Source of the DNA: Octopus vulgaris
Lineage: Eukaryota
DNA length: 64,000 bases
Assembly (NCBI GenBank): GCA_951406725.2
Contig: OX597822.1
Span: 20,708,001 to 20,772,000 of the forward strand
Direction of reading: 5' to 3'
A program made the position numbers and the translations under genes. Position 1 is the stretch's first letter, and the number at the start of each line of letters is the position of its first letter. Positions 26,227 to 40,100 of the stretch are shown here, piece after piece. The notes beneath the pieces are model-generated. The model saw only the letters and a program-made list of their open reading frames with translations. It made no database searches and had not been told where the DNA came from.

Positions 26227-26891
26227 CTGCGATTTAGCTTGCAATGAGCACTTCTTAATACAGTCCATATATTGTGAAGTATACTTAAAATATGCATGAC
26301 TGGCTTCTTTCACTTTCCATCTATGAAATCCACCCACAAAGCTTTGGTTAGCCCAAGGCTATATAGTAGAAGATACTTACCCAAGGTGACATGCTGTGGG
26401 ACTGAACCTAGAAACATGTAGCTGGGAATTAAGCTTCATACTACACACCCACGCCTATTAGGTGAATAGCCTTACAGCATTTAATGCTATTCCTTATTTG
26501 ATATTTGTTTTCCATACTGGTAGTAGCTGGATGGTTTGACAAGATCCAGTTAGCTGCAGGGCTGCTCCAAGTTACAATGTCAGCTTTGGCATGGCCTTAC
26601 AATTGGATGCCCATCCTAACCACATTACAATGTGTACTGGGTGCTATTCTCATGCCACTGGCACTAGTGAGGTTGCCAGATAATGTGCAACACAGAAAAA
26701 TAACAGGGAAAAAGGGAAAGGGAAAAGACAAAGGCTCTCACTATTAAGGGTAGGGGTAGTATTTGAAAGAGGAAAGTAACTTTATGCCAGATGTTGAAAG
26801 GCTAAAGTATAGCGAAACAGGTATCTTGTTGAGCAACCCAACAATTAAGATGAGTAAAATAAAAATTTTGATATTCATCATAACTGAAGTA

Positions 26892-28115
26892 TTGGGTTGG
26901 CAAGAAAGTAATTTGGGTTTTTTAGTGTGAAATAAAAGTCGTTTTTGTTCCTACAAAGAATGAACTTTAATCAATTATATATTTTCCATTTTGTTTGATG
27001 ACCTTTTGCCATCTTTCTTACAACTTCATGATTCTGCACTCATAGAACTTCTGGTCCTTATCAGCCAAAAACTGAAGCATGTGCAATTTCAGGTCAACAT
27101 CATTATTGAAAGTTTTACCATTCAAAGAATTTTGCAAAATAAATGGTTATCTGATGGTGCAAGATCAGGGCTATATGATGGATGTGACATCACTTCCAAC
27201 CAAGCGCTAATAATTTTTCACGAGTTAGCAAAGATGTGTGGTCCAGCATTCCTTTACAGTTTGCCAATTCTAGCCATTTGTCTCTGATTGCTTCCTCCAG
27301 TTTCATTAGTTGTTGACAATAAACGTCTGAATTGATCATTTGATTCCTTGGAAGCAGCTCAAAATAAACACCTAATTTGACCAAATTAACGGCAGGACTT
27401 TTTTTTATGCAATTCAGCTTTTGATGCGGTTTGTGCTGTTTCATTACACTTGGACCAGGATCATTCTCGATTGATGTTATTGTAGACAATCCACTTTTCA
27501 TCACCAGTGATGATACTGTTAAAAAAAGGTTGATTTCATTGCCTTTGAGATGCATATTGCAAATATTGATTCATTGTGTTAAGTGAATCTCTTTCAATTT
27601 ATGTGGAACTAGTCCAAGACATTCTAAGTGATTTTCAGTTGTTGTGTGTGATACATTTAATCTCTCTGCAATCTCTTGCACAGTTATATGACAATCAGAT
27701 TCAATTATGGTTTTGGTTCGGTCATCATCAACTTCAGTAGGTTGACCAGAATGTTGGTCGTCTTTGAGTGAAAAATTTCCAGAATGGAATTTTAAAAATT
27801 ATTTCTGACATGTGCATTCTGTTAAGCAATCAACACCATAAACTTCACATATCTCTTTGAGAGCCTCGGCAGCTTTCTTGCTTTCCTGGAAATAAAAAGC
27901 AAAATATAGTGAAAATTTTCGTTTTTGCCCTCCATGTTAAAATTGACACTGAACTGACAGCTGCAAACAAAATTACATGCAATTTTTTTCTAACGTAAGC
28001 CAAAAGTAATGACTATCAAATGTCAAAAGGAAAAAATCATAACGTTAACAAAAGTCATTAAAAAAAAATTATAACTCTATTTGTGAAAAACGAAATTACT
28101 TTCTTGCCAACCCAA
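26892..28115 (-). mobile_element. Full-length decayed mariner (mellifera-subfamily-like), transposase pseudogene about 27935-26967
   Basis: TIR ttgggttggcaagaaagtaattt at both ends with TA TSDs. Translation MEGKNENFHYILLFYFQ..FHSGNFSLKD..TGDEKWI..YFELLP..INSDVYCQQL..PYSPDLAPSD, with stops and frameshifts. Confidence 0.95.
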
Positions 28116-28224
28116 TATTCTAGTAAATGTTGTTTTAGCTTAAATATTTTTCAAATTGATATTGTTGATGACCACTGAATCTATATAATTTCCAAGTAGA
28201 CTCGTGTTTGCCGTTTGAGATTGC

Positions 28225-28400
28225 TGTGATTTAGCCCTAAATCACTCCTGATTAAATAGATCTATGATCAAAGACTTCTTGTCTGCTTTCCTTGGAAATC
28301 TAGGATTGCATTATCCAATGTGTCCTTAATTTTTTCAATTTGAAGGAGATTTGCCTGTTATTTCTGATTGACCTAGCTACAACATATAGACCACTTCTTT
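28225..28400 (-). mobile_element. Old interspersed repeat family (SINE-like)
   Basis: Motifs tttagccc..atgatcaaag..ctagga(t/c)t(g/a)cattatccaatg..ggagattt..ctgttatttct recur at about 29140-29320, 31860-32075, 37525-37695, 40800-40990 and 41225-41430. Confidence 0.7.
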
Positions 28401-28416
28401 ACTTCATTTTAGTGCC

Positions 28417-28732
28417 CGTTCACTCTGGCACCCAATTGGTTATGAAGATAAGGGTTCCACTCGATCTGATCAATGGAACAGCCTGCTCACAAAATTAACT
28501 TGCAAGTGGCTGAGCGTTCCACAGACATATATACCCTTAATGTAGTTCTCAAGGAGATTCAGTGTGACACTTGTTCTTTGAATTGCAGGTACAACTCATT
28601 TCTGCCAGCTGAGTGGACTGGAGCAAAATGAAATTAAGCGTCTTATTTAAGGATACAACACACAGTTGGGAATTGAACTCACAATCTTACAACTGAGATC
28701 TGAATACTCTATCCACTAAGCCATGTGCCTTC
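28417..28732 (-). mobile_element. tRNA-derived SINE (CORE-like)
   Basis: Minus-strand A box (tggcttagtgg) and B box (gttcaattcc), core shared with 12430-12570. Confidence 0.8.
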
Positions 28733-28749
28733 ACTAGTGATCATTATTT

Positions 28750-29060
28750 TTTTTTTCTCGCCCTTTTCAAGCCTAGCCAGGCTCATGGACCCGGTTTCCC
28801 AGTTTCTGTGGTGTATGTGTTCTCCCCAGCTGGACGGGACACCAGTCCATCGCAGCAGTACTCAAGAAACAGGAAGAGAGAGTGAGAGAAAGTTGTGGCA
28901 AAAGAGTACAACATGGGTTGCCACCATCCCCTCGTTGGAGCCTCGTGGAGCTTTTAGGTGTTTTTGCTCAATAAACACACACAATGCCTGGTCTGGGAAT
29001 CAAAACCGCGATTCTCCAATCACGAGTCCGCTGCCCTAACTATCGGGCCATTGCGCCTCC
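28750..29060 (-). mobile_element. tRNA-derived SINE (V-domain-like)
   Basis: Minus-strand head ggaggcgcaatggcccgatagttagg and a B-box-like gttttgattcc. ctggacgggacaccagtccatcgcag resembles the V-SINE domain (from recall). Confidence 0.7.
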
Positions 29061-32000
29061 TCTGTGACCATTATACTAGTTCAAAATATCATCATTTTAA
29101 TAGAGGTCATTTTTGATAAGCATTTGTAACAGTAGTTGTAATGGTCATTAGGTTCCAGGTTAGCAATAATCAAAGGTGTTTCCAACATTTTGTATATCAG
29201 TACTACGTTGTTCAATGTAACCTTCTCTGTTGTCCTTTTCAAGACACAGTGTGTGCTATGAGGGAGATTTAGCTGTTATTTCTAGCAAGTTGAGTGATTA
29301 AATAGAGGCTCTCTAGTAGTGGATGTCTCATTGCTTAACAGTGTGCATTCTACTGTTTTGCCCAGTTACTATTTTGTTCAATGATTTAGGCTTTTGATGT
29401 TAGCTACACTTTTTACCTTTAGTCACTTTTGCTATTTTAACTTTGGTCTTTTTGTAAGCAACCAATTTACTTGTTCCTCATTCAGAACAATGCAATAAAA
29501 AGAAAAACGTTAAAATTTCTAACAACTTTATATATTTATACAAGATTTTTTCTCTCCTCAAACAAAAAAAAAAAAAAAAATAGAATAAAATAACAATGAT
29601 ATTTAGCTTTCATCTGTCTATCTGATTATCTGTCTTACTTATCAATCGAGCTTACCCCATCTTTATGTGTCTACTGGCTGTCTTTGTTGATGCTTATCTT
29701 GTGGTCATCCAGCTATAACACTGCTATAATTATATTAGCTACAAGACACATTAAAGTCTTGTCTTAACCCAGTGTCTTTGTAACAAAAGAAATAAGCAAC
29801 AACAAAAAGAATTTGATAGAGATTTTAAATTCTAAAATAAATATCTTCACTTCTCTTTCCAGTAAAGCAAGAAAAATCTTTTAATTTCTCAGAAGATTCA
29901 GTGACAGATGTCAAGCTTACACTAAAAGATTAAACTTTGAATCTGATTGCTACATTTCATATAGCAGCCTTCTTCTACATGTACATGTACATTCACTTAA
30001 CATTGTCTATTATTTCAATTCAGTTGTGGCCTTTAAAAAATGTGGAAGGTAAATACTTTAGAAGTCACCTTATTGTGCATGACACCACTTTTTTGCGCAG
30101 TTTAGTATTTTAAAACAGGTAATTGATCAATATGAATGACTAAATTGTTAAGTGTGGTATTTTAAGATATTTAGCAAGAAAGGCATCAATACTGTCACAA
30201 ATATGTCATACTATATCTTCTAGCATACAAGTCAAATTCTTCAGATCAAAATTTAAACCAAAACAACTTTGGAGGATCAAAAATTCCATGTGAAATGCAG
30301 CAGGATTTGGAAAGATAGTCATGATGTTTGAATATTTACATTATTTGTTTATGCTATATACTATATCAACTTGTATGCTGGAAAATATGTCTTTCAAATT
30401 AAAGGATATATTAAAACTAGAGAGGGGGAAAATGTTTAGGATTCTCTGGATTTATAATGTGAACATATGAAAAGAACAGCTATAGACAGACATAGACAAA
30501 AGAAACTGTTCGTTGCCATTTTTATAACAATGTGATGTGAAGGAATATATATTTCATTTGATGTAAAAGAACTGACAGAAGATTTCTTTTCTATTGAATG
30601 ATTAACAGCAAGAACATCCAACTCTTAGAAAAAATTCCCTTACAAAATGCAAATTTTAAAATTTGTAGAGCCATCGTACTCCTCTCTTGCATCAAAAAAT
30701 AATTGTAAAACATTAAAAATAAAATATATCAATTCAATAATTTTTTCTTTTTACATAATATTCACTGGACACCATCATTATTTCTACACAAAGTTCTAAC
30801 ACTAAACACCCTTCCATTCACCCAGATAAATTAATGGCCCTATTGTTCCACCTTATCTGCTACCTCATTGAATTTCAGTGATTCTATTGGCCTCTTACCA
30901 CTTCCTTGACTGCCATTCTTCCCCAAATTGTAGACATTGCTCTCTCATTAAATGTCTTCTCTTCCTTATGATGAATCCTGCAAGCAAATCAATGAAGTAA
31001 TTAGGAAGACAAAATTGGACCTTTTTGTAATTTCAATTAAGTCTCTTTGTATCTTTACTAAACTTAATGGTTTCAGTCTTGAACTTTACAATTGAGATGG
31101 CATCAAAACTACCTCACTCACCTGTTTAGTCTCTTTTATCAACAAGTTATACTGTCCACATATTGTTAACCATACATTTATCTTCTTTTATTCTCTCTAT
31201 CTTCTGGCCATGCTATTGTTTCAGAATTGTCAACTGGTCAGTCAGTTTTCTAGAAGTAGCAATCAGGTCTCTCTTAAATCACACTCTACAGTCTCAAAGA
31301 ACAACAGGGGTAGTGTAGACTTAGACATTCTGTGCAATAAAAAACACACAAGTTTGCTAGATCAGGCTGACATAGGGCTTACCAGTAACAACAACAGTAA
31401 CCTTATTCGTTGTCCAGTTTTTACCTCTGATTTATTTACCATGGTATTTATCTCACTTTTTCTCCTCCTCTTTTATTTTTCTTGCTCTATTTCTCCATTC
31501 TCTAATACACCTGTTACATTATATTATGCCATATGAGAAGATCAGTTGGAAATATTAAATTTTTATACAGTACACTAAATATACATCAGCTTCAGACTTT
31601 TACTGAATTAATTCTTGCCGATACAACCTACCAGTTGTCTATTGCCATTTTAATTATTGATTTACGTAGAGATAGAAAATGTAGAAATAAAAGAGATTGG
31701 GAGACTAAGAGAGTTACAAAGAGGAATGGCTTGAATGAGTGAAAATCAAACCCATAATAAGGTGTAGATTCACTTAGGGGCTTTAGTTTCTTATATTGCA
31801 AAACTAATGATAATAGATAAAAAAACAAGACAACAACATAAAATAAGACAACAACTTTAAAGTTGTTGTTTAGCCCCATATTTGTCCTGACTGACCAAAT
31901 CTGTTATTAAAAACATTCAAGCCATGACAATCACAACCTTCTTCTATGCAATGTATATCTAGGATTTCATTGTCATATTTGTCCTTCCATCTTCAAAATG

Positions 32001-32769
32001 GTAGGATGCAACTTAAGAGAAATTAAGCTATTATTTCCAGGAAATAGAATGACCTTGTAGACATCCCCTTGGTGGCTTGTTGCATGTAAAATAGAAGAGA
32101 TTGGAGAAGATGCGAAGAATGGTGAAAGATATTGTACCAGTGGTAGACTTAAGCGAGGTAGTATTTTTGGTATGATAGAGGGAGTTGGGAGACAACTGAA
32201 AATGAGTAGGACATTGACAATGGAATCTCAGTGGTAGATAGCAAAAAAGAAGCAAACACAAAAAAGATGCTCTGTATTTTTCATTATTTTAGGTATGGCA
32301 GGTTTCTGATAGCAAATCTTTTCCCTTTTCTTATCTTTTACTTTTTCTTTTCTGTTCCCTATTCAAGGTTTGTTCAGAGATTAAAGCTTTTGTCATATAG
32401 GCAGTAGATATGACATAATGGTAGCAGAAAATCTTGAGGCACTGAAGAGATGGTAAAAAGGAGAGAGAGATATATATAATGTAGTGGTGGTGATGATGGT
32501 GGTAGTACAAGATAGTAAACAAAACAAAACATGGGATTGAGGCTTAATATGGATCAATATAAAAATATACATAAAACGTAATTCAGCAATACAAAGATAG
32601 ACATGCATATGTTTTCTTATTCTTCAATATATGAAGATTTCATACTTTGCTTGTGTACATACATATATGCCTATATGTAGGTGTGTGCATGCATCTTGGT
32701 GTGTGTGTATACATACATACATACACGCATACATACATACATACATACATACATACATACATACATACA

Positions 32770-32805
<36 letters not shown>

Positions 32806-32924
32806 GTTACATACTTGCACACAGATATTATTGTGTTTGCTTAGCCAGGTGATTAAGCTGTCCACAATTCTGAAAAGGACTACAATATGTGTAGAATGTA
32901 GAGTGCACATATATATATATATAA

Positions 32925-32973
<49 letters not shown>

Positions 32974-33789
32974 TTGTGCATGTGTGTGTGTGGATGCATA
33001 TGGGTACATTCATGCACACATGTCTATGTGTCTATACAGATGACTATCTTTATAGAAGCCTTATGTAAGCATGCAATCACATACAAGCACATACATGCAT
33101 GCAATCACATACAAGCACATACATGCATGCAATCACATACAAGCACACTAATTCTTAGACATACACACATGTAATAGGTTTCATCAAGATGCAAGTGGTT
33201 CCTTATCCCAAAACTATAAATCTATTTCTTTTCTTCCAAATCTTTCTCTTCTTTCTGCTTATTTTATTTCACCTTAAGGAAACATCATTTTGTACATTAG
33301 TGAATTACATTGAATTTCACGTAAACTATTATGCATACATGTACACTCATTCACACACACTCAGACAAACATGCATACATCACACATGCTTACACAAGCG
33401 CAGACATGTACATATATTTCTTTATCCAAAAGTAGATTTATACACTACTAAAACTCCTATACATATGTATATATATTTTCAAGAAACAAAATGAGAGTAT
33501 TTTGTTTCTTATTTTTTCCTCTTTTTCTGTCTCCCCTATATATATATATATATAAATATATAAATTTTAAATTTTGGCATAAGGCCTGCAATTTCAGGGA
33601 GGAGACAGGTCAATTACATTGACCCCAGTATTCTACTGGTACCTATTTTATCGACCCTGGCGGCATTTGAACTTAAAATGTAAAGACAGATGAAATGCTT
33701 ATATTCTTCTTTTCCATTTTTTATTTTTGGTCTCAGTCATGGTGGGCTACCACTTTCAAATGATTTTATTCAGTTATATGTAAGTTAAT

Positions 33790-34650
33790 GTGTATGATAC
33801 CTTCCTCTAATTCTTGACTGACTATGTTTGTGATTAGCATGTGTATTATCATGCCAGATCTTTTCATCATCTCATGGTCTGGTTACTTATCCTGTCTTCA
33901 TATCTTTGATCACACTTTCAATAATGTCATTTTCAATTTCAGTTGCTTGCCCTTCTGTAGGATCTACAAGAATTAGATAATATCTCTCTCTCTCTTATGC
34001 ATTAGCCTTATTCAATAACATATTGTAACATCGTTTCCATGCCTCTTTCTTCTCAGTGTCTGTAAGAATTAGTGCCTTGCTATCATTCCACACTTAGTTT
34101 CCTATAGTAATGCCTTAATTTAAACCAACACACTGCTCTGCAATCTGAAAGACTTCACATCTCTCATCTGTTCATTACACTTGCAAACTTCATCTGTTTT
34201 CTTTCCTGTTTAGTTTCTCTTTAACCCTTTCGTTACTGTATTTATTTAGAGATGTTCTGTGTTTCTTTCAATTACTTTAAATATAGCAAAGAATTTAGTA
34301 AAATAACTTAGTTATCGTTCAGCTTGTATTAGGAACATAAATTGTGACTAAGGTTTGGTGGAAGATTTTAATTAAAGCCTTAAGAAAACAAGACATTTGT
34401 ACAACAGAGCCAGAGCCGGTTTCAGCCGGGTTGGTAACAAAAGGGTTAAGATATTTGACATCACTCCTTACTCTCATGTTCTTCACATCTTTCTAAGTTT
34501 GTTTCGTAGCTTTGACAGCACTATTTGTTGTACTATGCCTCTGCTATATCACATTTTACTGGGCTGGATCAATGCTCCATCTACACATTTTATGCACCTC
34601 CTCATCCATATGCACCACGACAAACCAGCACAGTCCTCTCTCTTGCACAC
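33790..34650 (-). mobile_element. Old RTE LINE 3' remnant interrupted by a MITE
   Basis: Residual similarity to the 54.7-55.0 kb RTE region (tctctcttgcaca, ccatatgcaccac, tgatcacactttc). Heavily decayed. Confidence 0.5.
34225..34445. mobile_element. piggyBac-type MITE (221 bp)
   Basis: TTAA at 34221-34224 and 34446-34449. TIR ccctttcgttac / gtaacaaaaggg. Confidence 0.9.
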
Positions 34651-36806
34651 ACACACACGTATTTGTGCGTACCATGTTTTTAATAAAATTCAACTCGGTC
34701 ATGCACTCAAAATGTAATAACCTGCTGATCGCCATAAAATATTATGTTTCAGACATACTATCTTATTGTATATTAAAACTGCTGTGCTTCATAATAAATT
34801 ACTAGAATGCTGGCAATACATACTTGCATAAAAACATATGCACACACACACACACTTTTTTTATTTATTGGAAGTGAACTCTTGACTCTTTTGCTACCCT
34901 GAGTTTTAAGTTTGGTGATCTATTATCTTCTGTTTACATATATGGCTGCAGTCCAGTGAGTGAAACAAGTAAAAAACACTAAACAAATACAAATAAAAGA
35001 ATAAAAGAAAAATAATAAAATATTTACTTGTGTGCATGTGAATGTTTGTCTGTGTTTAAGTGTGTATGTGTCCGTCTATATACACACACACACACATATA
35101 GTTTGGTTTTATATTGATATCAAAATATAGAAAAATATTGAAATTAGAATCTATAATCTAGAAATATTTCCTTATGTGTACTTCCTGGAGATTTTCATCA
35201 GTAACTGTATTTTGAAAAACTCAACCTAGGCATGTACTTAAAATCCAATAACCTACTGAGAATCATTAAACTAATCCCCCAAGGTGTATATGTCAGACAT
35301 GATAACTTTCAGTAGTAAAACTGCTGTGTTTCATAATAAAGCACTAGAATGCCATCAATATATATATATTGAAGGTGTATAATAAAATTACACACTTTCT
35401 ACAAAGACAAACAACATAAAAACACCAGCAAGAGGAAGTTTGAGTGAAATAACCAAGTCAACATATATGTTTAAAAACCTTTGTAGTAAGTTCCTCTCTC
35501 TATTTTTATGTGTATATGTGTATGTGTGTGGATGTGGATGTGTCTGCATGTGGATGTGTGCATATGAGTGTGTATATGTGTGAGTGTGTATGGATGTGTG
35601 TGTGAATGTGTATGGATGTATGTGTACACATGTATGTTGTGTACATGAATGCATGCATCCTTGCATGCTTGACTTGTTCATGTGTGTGTGTACATGTATG
35701 CATACATGTATGTGTATGTATGTATGAATCTGTGTGTATGTGTTGGTGCATGCATATACGTACGTCTAAGTATGAATCTATGTGTGTATGTGTTGGTGCA
35801 TGCATATATGTATGTCTATGTATGAATCTATGTGTGTATGTGTTGGTGCATGTATGCATATATGTATGTGTGATTGGTTTTAGATTATTGCAATTCGTTT
35901 TTGCATATTTAATAAAACAAGTCACTAGAATACCTGTCTAATTTTTTCAGTGTTGATCCGTATCTGTTTGGTTAACAATGTATTTGATTAATACAAGAAG
36001 GTATCACATATTCATGGTGATCCACTTCTAATTGTTAACAATGGATTTGACAAGTATAGAAAGGTGATTCATATTTGTGCTATGCTAAGGGAAAAAAGAA
36101 TTATGAACTGAGTTTTTGGGTGCACATTTATTTATCTTCAATATGGCAGTGTTAAAGTAAAATTAATGTTAGTATCAATGAGAAAATCGAAGGATATACT
36201 AACGGAACCACTATTAAAGTTGTGTTTGCAATTTATAGCTTATGTTGATACTTTTAATAACTTAAGAAATAGAGCATATTTTTAGAGCTTTGTACAAAGA
36301 GTAGGTCAGATTATGTGAGTGGCTATTATGGTTTGATTACATGGTCTATGCTACAGTATTGATTGATGGGGCAATTATTGTAGCGTATATGCATATGAGG
36401 TGGATGTGTCCATTCCCCAAGGAGGGAAGATGGATTTTTAATTAATTTATCTATTTACTTATTCATTTTATATCGGTTGTTTTCTTTTACCCTGTGTTAG
36501 AAATTATCTTTGTTAATTGTTTTTCTGATATTTACATTATTAATTGTAAATCTATTTTTAAAATTAATTAGTCAATAAAGAAGGGTCAGTGCCCATAACC
36601 TCTGTTGACTTTCTTATATTGGGGAGGCTTAAGCTGTTGGTGTTCAGTTCAGGGTTGTAAGATTGGGTTACAAGTAGCAGATTACATGACATTCTGGACG
36701 GTTTGCTATGGCTTTCATTGATTTAGATTTGTGATGCTTTAAAATTTTACTTTAAATGTAAGAATTCTACATCAAATTATCAATTAAGTAAATTAGAACT
36801 GACTTT

Positions 36807-36840
<34 letters not shown>

Positions 36841-37118
36841 TTCTAAGTACACACACATGCACGCACACACACATACACACACACACACATTTCAATGTCC
36901 ATATTTTTATGCTTGCATCATCAGACAGAATTTATTCAGGCAGATTTTTCTGTTTGATGCCCTTCCTGTCATCGATCTTGCCTGTTTGTATGCAAGGTAA
37001 TATTTTCCCATGGCTGGAGGATATATGTTTGCATGGATGATTGAAAACGAATGACACAACTTATGAGCTGGTGAAGCTTGCTTACAACCATCATGAGATA
37101 TCAAGACAAGGAGACATG

Positions 37119-37171
<53 letters not shown>

Positions 37172-40100
37172 ACTAACACACACTAACAGACACTAACACA
37201 CACTCACACACACACACATACTATTGGTTGCTGTAGTTTATATTTGGCAAATCACCTCTCAAGGCTTTGGTGGACTTGAGACAATAGTGGAAGATACTTG
37301 CCCAAGGTGCCAAGTAGAGGGACTGAATCTGAAACTATGCAATTAGGAAACAAACTTCTTAAACACACAGTCTGTATTTGCTGGCAAATGTCCATTTTGA
37401 ACTACTTTCCAACAAATCTGGCTGACTTTTGGACAATTTTGTGCTACTTGGTACTGTTTATGAAATTGATCTGATAAATCTTGGTTTGGCTTAAACTTAC
37501 TCAAGTTGACAACTATGAGAGGAGTTGTTTAGGCCTAGTACAAGCTTGAGTGCATAAACCAAGGTGTTTCAGACATGATCATCCTGTCATTTTGTTTTTC
37601 AGGTATAATGTATCTAGAGCTACATTATCTAAAATGTTCTTTTTTTCTTAAGATGGTGTGTTATTCATAATGTAAAGGAAATTTGGATGCCAATTTTTGC
37701 CGGTCAAACAACTGTGTAAATGGTTTTTTGTTGGGAAAGGAGTTAAATGGAGGAATAAGGTTACATTATTAGGAGAGGTTTCAGCAGTAAAGTTTGCAGG
37801 CCTAGTAATTCTCACCAAGAGAGAAAACATACCTGTGGTACTCACTCATACATATTTGTATTCAACTACCTTATTGTTAAATGAAGTGACACAATACAAT
37901 CTGAGTTACATAAACAGTGTTTATATTTAAAGTCAATGTGGTTTGTACAGAACCAAAGCCATATTCTTGCTGACAGCTTTGGTACGAATATATGTAAGTA
38001 ATACATCAATAATTAAATACAGTTATTAGACTAGATTAGCCCTTTCCTAATCTCTTAAAAACAATGGTGAATAAGGTGACAATTAATGTTTATTACTAAA
38101 TGATTACTCTTTTGGACAGGTAAGCTCTGCAAAAGTAGGACTGTTTATATATGTAAAATATAGCATTTCTTTATATATAGAAAATATAATTGATATTGCT
38201 GTTGGTTGTTTCTGTGTCCTCTGCTTGAATTTATTCTATACAATATTAACATATATATAGATTCTACTCTATCAGGGAAACAACTAAAAAACTGAAGTTT
38301 ATATAATACACATACAAACACACAAACACACACACACACATATATGCACTTTTATATTTTTTGTTTTTGTTTTTAAGATACGAGTATGTAGATCTGGATA
38401 TACGTGCATGTCAATATCATTATGTGAATGTGTGTGCTTGTGAATATCGCCATATAAATGTGTGTGTATTTATTTGGTAAATGGAAGCAGGAGATGTCTT
38501 TACTATTCAGAAAGAGTTTTTCATTACTGTTTATTATGGACAGTGTGAGTAAATATAGATGATGTGTTCTGTATTTACAGAATGACATTATTTATTGCTG
38601 AAATACCAAGAATATTTATTGTATGTGTGCTGCATATACATATATATATATATATATATACATACATACATGCACACTTACAAACACACATATATAGTGT
38701 GTTTGTGTGTATCTGTGTATGCATCCGTATAAGTGCATGACTATAGCTGTGTAAAGATATTCATGCACATTAATAATTGTGTGTGTATATATATATATTT
38801 CCTTGCTAGTATTTGTTGACAGGTCTGTGTGTACCTAATTATGTTAATACATATGTATCTGATTAACTGCTCATGGTTCTATGAGTAAGTACTTATGTAT
38901 GTATACATGCATATATGTATGTATCTTTTGCTGAATGTTAAGTCAAACTCAGTTATTTTCTTCCTGATATATGCACACATCCAAATACATATGAACACTA
39001 CTTACATATGTACATTTATGTACATACACTCATATATATATACATGTAGGTATATATGCATATATTTATATATTATTTAGATTATTATATGAATGAACAC
39101 CATGCATCCATTTTCAAGTGTGTATGTATGTATGTATATATATATATATATATATATATACAATAAAATCTTACTTGGAAATGGATGCGTGGTGTTCAAT
39201 GATATATATATATATATATATATATACAGTACACACACACATGCACACACACACACAATGTATTTATATGTTTGCATTAATATTCTGTGTATAAATACAC
39301 ACGTACAAACACATTTATATGTCTCTCTCTCTCTCTCTCTATGTATATATGTGTGTGTGTGTGTATACACACATATATGTATATATGGGTCATATTTGGA
39401 TACTCTTCTTTATGCCTGTTTGTATTATACTGCTTTCAAAACCTTCTGTATTTGATATGACCACACCAAAGTTATTTTTATATTTCTTTTATCAATATAA
39501 CAACCAAATATTTATTCAAGAATTTTTGATGTTTGATTTCATTATTTTGTTGTCATCATGTATATATATGTATGTATCTCTCCCCCCCTCTCTCTCTATA
39601 TATATATATATGTGTGCATAAGCATTTTTTCTGAAATAGCATTTTTTTCCACATGGATCAAGGTTCTGTTTGTGTTAGTTTAAGGACAAAAACAGATCAT
39701 GATTGAATAGGATAACATAGATAGTAACATTCATCATTTGTAAATCTCAATTTTTTTTTTTTACCACTGCTATTATTCTGTTCAGGGTATGCATATACTC
39801 TAGTCTTGTGAAGCCTTTCTGTAGCTCTAGAGTAGAGGATATTTGGCTACAAGCCTTCTTTTCCTTTATTTTATAATGTTTTACTCAGAATGAGCACTGT
39901 TTCTAGGATTACTATTTTTTTGGACCTCACATATGGAAGGTTTCCCAAGCAATTCTTCAATGCTTTTTGTCACCAGTTTCACAGTTTCTTAATCACATGA
40001 TAACTGGGACTACTCTTGTTTCCATATTTTGTTTGGTGGCAATTATAATTCCAGGTATATATTTGAAAAAGTTTATAACTGCCTTTACCAAGATGTTATA

